A stretch of 64,000 bases of DNA from Eubacteriales bacterium (GTDB taxonomy: Bacteria > Bacillota > Clostridia > Oscillospirales > CAG-272). This document shows positions 35,100 to 44,226 of the stretch, piece after piece. The position numbers and the translations under genes were made by a program. The first letter of the stretch is position 1; every line of letters begins with the position of its first letter. The stretch is from positions 8,385-72,384 of the forward strand of contig JAZRDI010000058.1 in NCBI GenBank assembly GCA_045660185.1, given 5' to 3'. Under the pieces are notes generated by a model, which saw only the letters and a list, made by a program, of their open reading frames with translations, was not told the origin of the DNA and searched no databases.

Positions 35100-36536
35100 T
35101 TAAAGCTTCTCAATAAATCGCTTGTAGAATTCGACCGTTTTAATTATCGTCGTTAATGGAATTTTTTCATCGTTTCCGTGAATGGAAGCTCGTTCTTCAC
35201 GTGAAAGCTCCATAGGAGAAAAACGGTACACCTTGTTGCAAATTCTGCCCCAATGGCGAGAGTCACTGCAAGCAAACATAAGATAAGGTGAAACTATAGC
35301 GTCTTCCCAAACATCATTTATTGTAGCACTGATTTTCTCATATCCGTCAGAGTTGATTTCCGAAATAACTGAAGGGTTCATACCATCTATTTTTCTTATA
35401 GAAATTTCGGGGTCTTTGATTATATTGTTTAAATAGTTTAACGTGCTTTCCATAGTTTCGCCCGGAAGAATTCTTAAATTTGCAATCATTTTTGCTTTTG
35501 CGGGAATAACGTTCATACCGCGCGAGCCTTCCATTTGCGTGAAGGCACAGGTCGTTCGCAAAAGAGCGTTCATTTCACCGCCGTTTTTCTTGCATATAAG
35601 ATTGAGTATAGGAGCAAAGCACCACAAATTTGCAAAAATCATTCGATAAAAGAAATTAGAGTGTCTTGCAATAGTATCGAACATAGGATATGATGCGTCT
35701 GTAAAACGAAACTTGAATGGATGCTTTTCTATTTTTAGACAAGCCTTACTTAAAGACCCTATAGGCGTTTTTGCCTTTGGAGCAGACGAATGACCGCCGT
35801 TACCGCTATACGAAAGCTCTATGTTGAGCATTCCCTTCTCCGCTATGCCTATCAGAGCACACGGAGATTCGACTCCTGGGAAAACATTTTTGACCACTGC
35901 TCCACCCTCATCTAATACTAACGCGGGTGAAATTTTGCGATTTTCAAAAATCTCTACGATAGAAGGCGCTGCGTCACCGTTAACCTCTTCATTTCCACTA
36001 AACGCAAGATAAATATCGTTTTTGGGGATTTTTCCGCTTGCTATGAAACTTTCAAGTGCTTGCATTGCTCCGTTTAACGAAGCTTTTGTATCAAGTGTTC
36101 CTCTGCCCCAAAGGAAACCGTTCTCAATGTCCGCAGAGAAAGGATTTTTGCTACATTCGGTTTCTTCAGCCGATACTACGTCGTAATGCGCCATAAGAAC
36201 GCTCGGATTCTTAGAGCTTTCACCGCGGTATCTGTATAGCAATCCCCTTTCGCCTACCTCGGTGTATTCGCATTTTTCGTATATATTCGGAAACAATGTA
36301 GGAAGTAATGCTTTGAACTTCGCAAATTCCGCTTCGTCATCTTCTGCGCTGTTTTTGTGCGATACAGTTTTACATCTTATCATTTCAGCAAGACTTGATA
36401 TAGCTTTCTCTTGGTCTATCGTGATGGGAACTGCTTTTTCGCGCTTTTCATAATTTGAGGAAAATAAAAGAGTTCGTATAAATACAGTAATTAAAAGGAA
36501 GAATAGAACGGAAAGCGTTATGTAAATACCTATCAT
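35100..36536 (-). CDS. M20-family metallopeptidase/amidohydrolase with N-terminal membrane anchor
   Basis: AHYDVV, GRGTLDTK, NEE, LDEG and IHG metal-ligand motifs. Confidence 0.88.
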   Translation of the reverse strand: MIGIYITLSVLFFLLITVFIRTLLFSSNYEKREKAVPITIDQEKAISSLAEMIRCKTVSHKNSAEDDEAEFAKFKALLPTLFPNIYEKCEYTEVGERGLLYRYRGESSKNPSVLMAHYDVVSAEETECSKNPFSADIENGFLWGRGTLDTKASLNGAMQALESFIASGKIPKNDIYLAFSGNEEVNGDAAPSIVEIFENRKISPALVLDEGGAVVKNVFPGVESPCALIGIAEKGMLNIELSYSGNGGHSSAPKAKTPIGSLSKACLKIEKHPFKFRFTDASYPMFDTIARHSNFFYRMIFANLWCFAPILNLICKKNGGEMNALLRTTCAFTQMEGSRGMNVIPAKAKMIANLRILPGETMESTLNYLNNIIKDPEISIRKIDGMNPSVISEINSDGYEKISATINDVWEDAIVSPYLMFACSDSRHWGRICNKVYRFSPMELSREERASIHGNDEKIPLTTIIKTVEFYKRFIEKL

Positions 36537-36597
36537 ACCGAAAATCCTCGCTTTTACAAAAAATAAAGTCCGCACACTGATGTGTACGGACATAAAA

Positions 36598-36674
36598 TGG
36601 GGTGAGATACGAGACTCGAACCCGCGACCCTCAGAGCCACAATCTGATGCTCTACCAACTGAGCTAATCCCACC
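36598..36674 (-). tRNA. tRNA-His(GTG)
   Basis: GGTGGGATTAGCTCAGTTGGTAGAGCATCAGATT-GTG-GCTCTGA...TTCGAGTCTCGTATCTCACCCCA, with G-1. Confidence 0.96.
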
Positions 36675-36682
36675 ATACCAAA

Positions 36683-36759
36683 TGGCGCGACTTGAGGGAC
36701 TCGAACCCCCGACCTACTGCTTAGAAGGCAGTTGCTCTATCCAGCTGAGCTAAAGTCGC
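36683..36759 (-). tRNA. tRNA-Arg(TCT)
   Basis: GCGACTTTAGCTCAGCTGGATAGAGCAACTGCCT-TCT-AAGCAGT...TTCGAGTCCCTCAAGTCGCGCCA. Confidence 0.96.
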
Positions 36760-36780
36760 ATACTCTTGGCAACGCTAAAT

Positions 36781-36809
36781 ATTATAGCAGAACAATTTTG
36801 CTTTGTCAA
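36781..36809 (-). promoter_or_regulatory. Sigma-A promoter of the tRNA-Arg/His pair
   Basis: TTGACA-17-TATAAT. Confidence 0.85.
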
Positions 36810-36871
36810 TAGTTTTTTAAAAGTTTTTTTGACGAAATTTTAAATATTCGAAAGTTTTTGCAAAAGCGAGG

Positions 36872-37195
36872 TCAATTCTTGTTGCAAATAAGCTTCGCTC
36901 CTTCTACCGCAACGACGGTTAAAGACTGCCCAACCTTGAAAATATCGTCATCATTTACGCTTCTTGCCGACCACTCCGTTCCTTTTACCTTCACGAGTCC
37001 GCAACCTGCGTAGTTATCGACGGTTTCGGTAACCGTGCATCTCTCGCCTATTATATCATCTAAAACGATAGATTTATTTGAATATGAATTTTTGTAAAAT
37101 ACAAAAGCGACGCAAGCTGAGATGAGGAGTGCGCTTGCTATCATACCTATCCATAACCACATCTTGTATAAACTCCGAAAAATATTATTACTCAT
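36872..37195 (-). CDS. Short NfeD-family protein (one TM plus OB-fold)
   Basis: IIGERCTVTETV...GLVKVKGTEWSARS...VVAVEGAKLIC. Confidence 0.8.
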   Translation of the reverse strand: MSNNIFRSLYKMWLWIGMIASALLISACVAFVFYKNSYSNKSIVLDDIIGERCTVTETVDNYAGCGLVKVKGTEWSARSVNDDDIFKVGQSLTVVAVEGAKLICNKN

Positions 37196-37439
37196 ACTAT
37201 ATCATATTTTGATAAAAATGTCAACATCTAATGATATACGAAGTTCGTGAAAAAGTTTATTTATAACCGTTTTTAGCTATAGAACGAAAATATAGTTACA
37301 AATTAATAAAAAAGTTACGCTATTTTTATGCAATCTTCCCTATTTTTGAAAAAACTATTGACAAATATGAAATATTACTGTATTATAGAGGGGCTTGCTA
37401 ATTTTATGCTTGTAAAAAACTTTAAAGGAGGATAGTTTA

Positions 37440-37664
37440 ATGTTTGAAAATGTAAAGCAGTTTCTTGTAGACGAGCTTCGTGTTAAGCCCGAGGATGTTA
37501 CAATGGAAGCAGAGCTTTCCGGTGACCTCGGTATCAACTCTCTTGAGCTTGCAGAGCTTGTTTTGGCTTGCGAAGAAAAGTTTAACGTTGTTATTGACGA
37601 TGAGGATCTTCATCACTTCAGTACTGTTGGAGATATCGTTACCTACCTTGAAAACAACAAGTAA
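37440..37664 (+). CDS. acpP: Acyl carrier protein
   Basis: 74 aa, acidic; DLGINSLE phosphopantetheine site; TVGDIV; AGGAGG RBS. Confidence 0.88.
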   Translation: MFENVKQFLVDELRVKPEDVTMEAELSGDLGINSLELAELVLACEEKFNVVIDDEDLHHFSTVGDIVTYLENNK

Positions 37665-37758
37665 TTTATTTATATAAATTGTGAGAGGTCGCGAGCTTTT
37701 TGGCAAGCGACCTCTCGGTTATCTTTTTTGACAGTGTTATTTAGTGTAATAAATATAA

Positions 37759-38082
37759 TCAAAGCTTTATATAAACAGAAGTGGTACTTCCCTCGTTTTC
37801 GCCTGCAAGGAACGGAAATTTGTTAAGAAGATAAACACTTTCTGTTTTTTCGGTCAGATTAAGCTCATCTTCGAAAACGAACAGCCTAATTACACCATCT
37901 TTTTTTATTGATTTTAAAAGGCGCGATACCGCAGACTTGAATTTTTGTTGCATTTCTGTGTTTTCAAGAGAAATTTTGATAAGCTCATTTCCCTCGATTT
38001 TATTACACGCGATAATAAATTCAAGCTCTACCGATAGGTCCTTTGCATCTGTAAATTTTATATTGTGCAGTGAAACAGACAT
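37759..38082 (-). CDS. Hypothetical protein, possibly a degenerate Smr-domain homolog
   Basis: 107 aa with Smr-like spacing (NIK...LIKI...NEGSTTSVYIKL) but no HG-x-G motif. Confidence 0.5.
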   Translation of the reverse strand: MSVSLHNIKFTDAKDLSVELEFIIACNKIEGNELIKISLENTEMQQKFKSAVSRLLKSIKKDGVIRLFVFEDELNLTEKTESVYLLNKFPFLAGENEGSTTSVYIKL

Positions 38083-38161
38083 ATACGATCCTCGATTGCT
38101 TCAATGTTTTAATAAAGTTTAACACATTTTCTTTAAAAAGTAAATAGCTAAGGAGAAAAAA

Positions 38162-39331
38162 ATGACAGATCTTTTGATAAAACTCTTCGTTAAAAACAGT
38201 AACGATCTTTCGGATAACTCGGTCAGAGAAAGATACGGTACGTTTTCGAGTATAGTCGGAATCATTCTTAATGCGCTTCTTGCAACTATGAAAATGGTTG
38301 TTGGAATAATTTCCGGCTCTCTTGCAATACTTGCTGACGGTATTAATAATCTTTCAGATGCCGGCTCGTCGGGCGTTACGTTTATAAGCTTTAAAATAGC
38401 TTCAAAGCCTGCAGACAGAGACCACCCTTTCGGTCATGCAAGGATAGAATACGTTGCCTCTCTTATCGTATCCTTTTTAATCATAAATGTAGGATTCGAT
38501 TTGTTCGCAGATTCCGTTAAGGGCATATTTAATTCCGAAGATTCGGGAATAGACGTCGGACTGCTGGTAATATTAGTTTTATCGGCTTCTATCTTTATGA
38601 AGCTATGGCTCGCAGGTTTTTACGCTACTGTTGCCAAAAAACTTGGCTCGTCGGTTATAAAGGCTGCCGCGTTCGACTCTTTAAGCGATTGCATATCTAC
38701 GTCAGCGGTTCTCGTTTCCTCTATAATCATTAAATACACCGGCTTTGTAGTTATCGACTCCGTTATGGGACTTATCGTATCGGGACTTATCGTCTACGCA
38801 GGACTCAACATTTTGCTTGAAAACAAGAATTCCATTCTTGGAGAAGCGCCCGTTGAAAGCACTGTAAAGGCTATCGAAAAAATAATTTCGGAATATCCGG
38901 AAATCGTCGGCATTCACGATATGCTCGTTCATAATTACGGACCAGGACATAGCTTTGCATCTTTGCATGCAGAGGTTAACGGTCAAGATGACGTTTTCGA
39001 ACTTCATGACGTGATAGATAACGTTGAAAAAAGAATATCAAATGATTTGAATATTCAATGCACGATACATTTAGACCCAATCAACCTAAACGATGAAACG
39101 GTTAACGAGCTTCGAGAAATTGCTCTTTGTGGCATTAGAACTGTTGATGAAAAAATAACGATGCATGACTTCAGAGTAGTTACCGGAACGACGCATACGA
39201 ATTTGATTTTCGACATTGTTCTTCCGTTTGAAAGTAAGCTTACACCGAGTGATGCAAAACGTGAAATCGAGAGTGCAATCAACGGTATAAGAAACGATTT
39301 GTTCTGTGTTATAACGGTTGACAGAGGTTAA
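38162..39331 (+). CDS. Cation diffusion facilitator family transporter
   Basis: ADGINNLSD, KPADRDHPFGHARIEY and HDMLVHNYG; duplicated C-terminal domain. Confidence 0.92.
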   Translation: MTDLLIKLFVKNSNDLSDNSVRERYGTFSSIVGIILNALLATMKMVVGIISGSLAILADGINNLSDAGSSGVTFISFKIASKPADRDHPFGHARIEYVASLIVSFLIINVGFDLFADSVKGIFNSEDSGIDVGLLVILVLSASIFMKLWLAGFYATVAKKLGSSVIKAAAFDSLSDCISTSAVLVSSIIIKYTGFVVIDSVMGLIVSGLIVYAGLNILLENKNSILGEAPVESTVKAIEKIISEYPEIVGIHDMLVHNYGPGHSFASLHAEVNGQDDVFELHDVIDNVEKRISNDLNIQCTIHLDPINLNDETVNELREIALCGIRTVDEKITMHDFRVVTGTTHTNLIFDIVLPFESKLTPSDAKREIESAINGIRNDLFCVITVDRG

Positions 39332-39348
39332 TAGAAACGAAGGAACAA

Positions 39349-40311
39349 TTAATTCTGCTTTATAATATCTACGCGATTTAGCGTTTCATTATGCATATAT
39401 GATTTGATATTATTACAAATAACGTTGAGGCAACGTTCTCTTGCCTCTATAGCGCCCCATGCGGAATGAGGAGTAAGACACACGTTGTCAAGCCCTAAAA
39501 TTTTCGTATAGGGGTGCTTTTTGTCGAATGGCTCTACCGAATAAACGTCACTGCCAAAACCTGCGATTCTTCTCGAAAGAACAGCGTCAGCTATGGCTGA
39601 TTCGTCTGTAACCGCGCCTCTTGCTTCGTTTACGATTATCACGCTGTTTTTCATCAAATTGATTTTTTCTTCGTTGATCAAATGGCGTGTCGAGTCGTTC
39701 AAAGGACAATGGATGGTGATAATATCGGATTTCTTACAAAGTGTATCAATATCGACACACCTGTAGTCATCTACGGGTGTTCTTTTGTTTACTATGACGT
39801 TGCATCCAAAGGCTTCGGCTACCTTTGCAACGCTTTTTCCAATATTTCCAAATCCAATAATTCCCCACGTTTTTCCGCGAAGCTCGTGATAAATCGGAGT
39901 CAGTGCGTTTGGTTTGCCTTCCTCTGTGTATTTTCCGCTCGTGACGTGACGGGTATATTCTGCAAGATGGCTAAAGAGATAAAGCACGTTTGAAACGGTA
40001 AACAGTGTTACACTGTCAGTTGAATATGCAGGAACGTTGCAAACTGCAATTCCAAGCTCGCGCGAGGTTTTTATATCGACGTTATCGTATCCCGTCGCAA
40101 AAACACATACGAGCTTAAGCTTTTTAGCACTACGCAAAATATACTCGTTTAATTTTATTTTGTTGATGATAAGAATTTCGGCATCGGAAACTCTTTTTTC
40201 AAGTGTATCTTCACTCGTTGAATCGTAAAGCTCTACTTCACCGAATTCGGACAAAGGCGCGAACGTTAAATCAAGCCCCATAGCCGCGCGGTCTAAAACA
40301 ACAATTTTCAT
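39349..40311 (-). CDS. D-2-hydroxyacid dehydrogenase
   Basis: ATGYDNVD, GIIGFGNIG, HCPLN, NEARG, TPHSAW. Confidence 0.92.
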   Translation of the reverse strand: MKIVVLDRAAMGLDLTFAPLSEFGEVELYDSTSEDTLEKRVSDAEILIINKIKLNEYILRSAKKLKLVCVFATGYDNVDIKTSRELGIAVCNVPAYSTDSVTLFTVSNVLYLFSHLAEYTRHVTSGKYTEEGKPNALTPIYHELRGKTWGIIGFGNIGKSVAKVAEAFGCNVIVNKRTPVDDYRCVDIDTLCKKSDIITIHCPLNDSTRHLINEEKINLMKNSVIIVNEARGAVTDESAIADAVLSRRIAGFGSDVYSVEPFDKKHPYTKILGLDNVCLTPHSAWGAIEARERCLNVICNNIKSYMHNETLNRVDIIKQN

Positions 40312-40541
40312 AAAAAAATGCTCCGTTTTATAAAGATATTTATACTATTATACCACTATCAATTTGCATTTGCAATATTTTAAAAAATATTGTATCTATT
40401 TTTCTAAAAACGCTTGACTTAATCTGTATTTGGTGGTATATTATATCTAGTGAAATTTGGGCTAAATCAAAAAATGCCGAATTTTGTAGTTTATTATTAA
40501 GGAAGGAGAGATTTGCTCAAGTAGCAAATCGGGAATTCGTT

Positions 40542-41978
40542 TTGAACAAATACACAAAAACGAAGATCTGTGGACTTCCTACGGTAGACGAGCTTCGCGA
40601 ATCTCTTATGGCGGGTGAAAATTCCGACGTAAGAAATCAGCTTGCTTTGCTCTTTGACGATGCAACGTTCGTCGAACTTGGAGCATATGTAAAGAGAGGC
40701 TTCTCTGACTTCGTAGCCACAGAAAAATCAAATGAATTTGAAGGAGTTATCTGCGGATATGGCGCGATTGACGGTAAGCTCGCATTCGCCTTTGCAGAGG
40801 ACGCTTCAAGAATGGGCGGCGTTATTGATGAACGCCACGCAAAGAAAATCGCCGATCTTTATTCTCTCGCAACTAAGAACGGCGCTCCCGTAGTTGGAAT
40901 CTTCAACTCCAAGGGAACAGATGTGTTCGCAGGAACTGCCGGTCTTGCGGCTTATGGAAAAATTATGGCTTCCGTTTCCGCAGCATCGGGCGTTGTTCCT
41001 CAGATTGCTTTCGTTACCGGTAAGTGCATCGGTCTTGCTGCATCCATCGCAGCTATGTTCGATTTCACCGTTAAGGTAAGCGATGCAGCTCTTTACGTTT
41101 CCTCCCCTGCTCTTACAGGCGCAGAGAACGCGCAGGATTCTCTCGTAGCATTTACGGGTAATCTTGAAGCCTCTGCAGGTTACGTAAGAAATCTCGTATC
41201 ATTCCTCCCTATGAACTCTGACGTAGGTATCGTTGCTGAAAGCTGCACTGATAACCTCAACAAGATGATAGGCGAGCTTGATTTTGCAGGCGATGCTCAT
41301 TCTGTTATAGCAACTGTTGCTGATAACGGTGTGTTCTACGAAGTAAGCGGCGAGTTTGCAAAGTCGGTTGTAACTGCCTTCTCTACCATTGCAGGAGTTA
41401 GATGCGGTGTTGTAGCAAACTCCTTTGCAAACAACGAAGGAAGACTTGATGCTTCCTCCGCGAGAAAGATTTCTCGTTTTGTAAACTTCTGTAACTCTTT
41501 CTCTATTCCTCTCGTAACCGTAGTTGATTCTCTTGGATTGACTATCGATAAGGCAAATGAGATGAACTTCTTCGCTCCCGAGCTTGCAAAGCTTGCAGTA
41601 GCGTACGCTTCTTCTACAATGCCTAAAATTACAGTTATTATGGGTCATGCAATTGGAGCTTCCTTCGTATTGCTCGGCTCAAAGGCTCTTGGCGCAGACG
41701 TTGTATATGCAACCGATGATTCCGAAATATGCGCGCTTCCCGCAGAGAGCGGCGTAGCATTCGCTTGGGATAAGTACATCACCCTTGAAAAGACAAGAGA
41801 GAGTCTTGTTGAAGAGTGGAAGATGGACGTAGCTTCCCCTGCTCGCGCAGCAGCTTCGGGCGAAATCGACGATATAATCAGTATAAATGAGCTTAGAGCG
41901 AGAATTTGCTCTGCCCTTCTTATGCTTTCCGCAAAGGGTAAGAATGCGGTTCTTGGCTGCAAAGTTCTTCCTCTTTAA
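40542..41978 (+). CDS. Carboxyltransferase-domain protein (MmdA/PccB-like, divergent)
   Basis: LFDDATFVELG, GVICGYGAIDG, ASGVVPQI, ARKISRFVNFC and GEIDDII; TTG start. Confidence 0.8.
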   Translation: MNKYTKTKICGLPTVDELRESLMAGENSDVRNQLALLFDDATFVELGAYVKRGFSDFVATEKSNEFEGVICGYGAIDGKLAFAFAEDASRMGGVIDERHAKKIADLYSLATKNGAPVVGIFNSKGTDVFAGTAGLAAYGKIMASVSAASGVVPQIAFVTGKCIGLAASIAAMFDFTVKVSDAALYVSSPALTGAENAQDSLVAFTGNLEASAGYVRNLVSFLPMNSDVGIVAESCTDNLNKMIGELDFAGDAHSVIATVADNGVFYEVSGEFAKSVVTAFSTIAGVRCGVVANSFANNEGRLDASSARKISRFVNFCNSFSIPLVTVVDSLGLTIDKANEMNFFAPELAKLAVAYASSTMPKITVIMGHAIGASFVLLGSKALGADVVYATDDSEICALPAESGVAFAWDKYITLEKTRESLVEEWKMDVASPARAAASGEIDDIISINELRARICSALLMLSAKGKNAVLGCKVLPL

Positions 41979-41994
41979 TTAATAGGAGGTTTTT

Positions 41995-42348
41995 ATGAAC
42001 TTCTTATTAGATGCAGAATTAAACAATTTGAAGCTTTCCGATGCTCCGTCTGAAATACTTGGTCTTGGCGGTCAGGTAGTTCTTATCGGTATGTTGACCG
42101 TTTTCGCGGTACTCGGCTTGCTTTGGGCTTGTCTTGCGGTATTCAAGATCGTGTTCCACGATATTCCCGCAAAGAAGTCTGCAAAGGCAGTTGCGGAAAA
42201 AGCGCCTGTTGAAAGCTTCACAGCTCCCGAATATACAGAAACAAACGATGATGAAATTGTTGCTGTTATCGCAGCAGCTATTGCTGCCGCAGAAAGCGAA
42301 TCGGGCGGTGCTGTTAAATTTAAAGTTGTGTCCTTTAGACGCGCGTAA
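41995..42348 (+). CDS. oadG: Na+-decarboxylase gamma/delta subunit (OadG family)
   Basis: IGMLTVFAVL TM segment; DDEIVAVIAAAIAA; VVSFRR C-terminus. Confidence 0.85.
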   Translation: MNFLLDAELNNLKLSDAPSEILGLGGQVVLIGMLTVFAVLGLLWACLAVFKIVFHDIPAKKSAKAVAEKAPVESFTAPEYTETNDDEIVAVIAAAIAAAESESGGAVKFKVVSFRRA

Positions 42349-42369
42349 TCAATTTATTGAAAGGAATTA

Positions 42370-42762
42370 TTGAAAATGAAAAAGTATAACATTACAGTAA
42401 ACGGAACCTCCTACGAGGTTGTTGTTGAAGAAGTTACCGGCGGTGCTACCGCTCCCGTATCAGCTCCCGTAGCAGCTCCTGTTGCTGCTCCCAAGGCTGC
42501 TCCCGCAGCTCCCAAAAAGGCTGCTCCCGCTGCAGCAGGCGCAAAGGGCGGAGTTTCTGTTACCGCTCCCATGCCCGGAACTATTCTTGACGTTAAGGTT
42601 TCTGTTGGTCAGAGCGTTAAGAAGGGTGAAACCATTTGCGTTCTTGAGGCTATGAAGATGGAGAATGATATTCCCGCTCCCCAGGATGGCGTTATTGCTT
42701 CTATCAATGTTCAGAAGGGCGCATCCGTTGGTGCAAGCGACGTAATCGCAACTCTTAACTAA
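42370..42762 (+). CDS. Biotin carboxyl carrier protein
   Basis: YNITVNG N-terminus, Ala/Pro linker, EAMKM biotinylation motif. Confidence 0.95.
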   Translation: MKMKKYNITVNGTSYEVVVEEVTGGATAPVSAPVAAPVAAPKAAPAAPKKAAPAAAGAKGGVSVTAPMPGTILDVKVSVGQSVKKGETICVLEAMKMENDIPAPQDGVIASINVQKGASVGASDVIATLN

Positions 42763-42791
42763 TAATCCTTAAGAAAGCTCAGGTGTCTTAA

Positions 42792-44192
42792 ATGTTTAAT
42801 AAAATGATGGACTTCCTCGGCTCAACCGGTCTTGCCAAGCTCTTCGCAGAGTCTAATTGGTATCAGTACCTTATAATGTACGTTATTGTCGGTGTTCTTT
42901 TCTATCTTGCGATAGTAAAGAAATTCGAGCCGTTACTTCTTATGCCTATCGCGTTTGGTATGCTTCTTGCAAACCTTCCCGGCGCAGAGCTTATGCATCT
43001 TGAAATGTTCTTCGACGAGTATTATATTGCCGTAGAAGACGGACAACTTGTAGGAACTCTTTCGGCGCACATGCAAAACTTTTTAAGTGCTCTTCCCAAT
43101 ACCTTCTATGAGATAACAGAAAATTCGCTTGTTTTCAATCTCGAGGGCTTGACTGAGGAAGGCGTAGCTTCGTTTAATGCTCTTTTCGATCTCTATCTTG
43201 GCGATGCAGCTAAGATTTCCGATGGAACCGTTCACATTAGAATGACTCATATGATTAAAGAAGTCATCAACAATGGCGGTCTTGTGGATATTCTCTATCT
43301 CGGTGTTAAGCTTGGTGTATATCCCTCGCTCATATTCATGGGTGTTGGAGCTATGACCGACTTCTCTCCCCTTATCGCAAACCCCAAGTCACTTCTTATG
43401 GGTGCGGGCGCACAGCTTGGCGTATTCGTTGCATTCTTCGGCGCGCTTCTTCTTGGATTTACTCCCATGGAGGCGGGCGCTATCGGTATCATCGGAGGCG
43501 CTGATGGTCCTACCGCAATCCTTGTAACAAAGGAACTTGCTCCCCAGCTTCTCGGTGCTATTGCAATCGCAGCATATTCTTATATGGCTTTGATTCCTAT
43601 CATTCAGCCTCCGTTTATGAGATTGCTTACAACCGAAAAGGAAAGAAAGATAAGAATGACAAACCTTCGTCCGGTTTCCAGAACAGAGAAGGTTATCTTC
43701 CCCATAGTAGTTACGCTTCTTGTAGTTATGATTGTTCCCGATGCTGCTCCTCTTGTAGGCTTCTTGATGCTCGGTAACCTCTTTAACGTTTCCGGCGTTG
43801 CAGACCGTCTTTCGAAAACTGCGCAGAATGAGCTTATAAACATCATGACTATATTCCTCGGTGTTTCTGTAGGTGCTACCGCAAATGCTGAAAACTTCTT
43901 GAAGCTTCAGACTATATACATCATTTGTCTCGGTCTTACAGCGTTCATTATTTCTACCTGCGGCGGTCTTATAGTAGGAAAGATTATGTGCAAGGTTACA
44001 GGCGGAAAGATTAACCCACTTATCGGTTCAGCGGGAGTTTCTGCAGTTCCTATGGCAGCGAGAGTTGCCCAGGACGAAGGAAGAAAGGCAGATCCTTCGA
44101 ACTTCTTACTTATGCATGCTATGGGCCCCAACGTTGCGGGCGTTATCGGTTCTGCCGTTGCGGCAGGCGTATTCCTTACCTTCTTTAGATAA
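42792..44192 (+). CDS. oadB: Na+-transporting decarboxylase beta subunit
   Basis: FEPLLL, GIIGGADGPT, IGSAGVSAVPMAAR, HAMGPNVAGVIG. Confidence 0.95.
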   Translation: MFNKMMDFLGSTGLAKLFAESNWYQYLIMYVIVGVLFYLAIVKKFEPLLLMPIAFGMLLANLPGAELMHLEMFFDEYYIAVEDGQLVGTLSAHMQNFLSALPNTFYEITENSLVFNLEGLTEEGVASFNALFDLYLGDAAKISDGTVHIRMTHMIKEVINNGGLVDILYLGVKLGVYPSLIFMGVGAMTDFSPLIANPKSLLMGAGAQLGVFVAFFGALLLGFTPMEAGAIGIIGGADGPTAILVTKELAPQLLGAIAIAAYSYMALIPIIQPPFMRLLTTEKERKIRMTNLRPVSRTEKVIFPIVVTLLVVMIVPDAAPLVGFLMLGNLFNVSGVADRLSKTAQNELINIMTIFLGVSVGATANAENFLKLQTIYIICLGLTAFIISTCGGLIVGKIMCKVTGGKINPLIGSAGVSAVPMAARVAQDEGRKADPSNFLLMHAMGPNVAGVIGSAVAAGVFLTFFR

Positions 44193-44226
44193 GAGGTAAG
44201 TTTAAAAATCAGAAAGGATTTTAAAA

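Noticed and set aside
42445..42545. GCTCCC/GCTGCT-type repeats
   Set aside because: They encode the normal Ala/Pro linker of the biotin carrier protein
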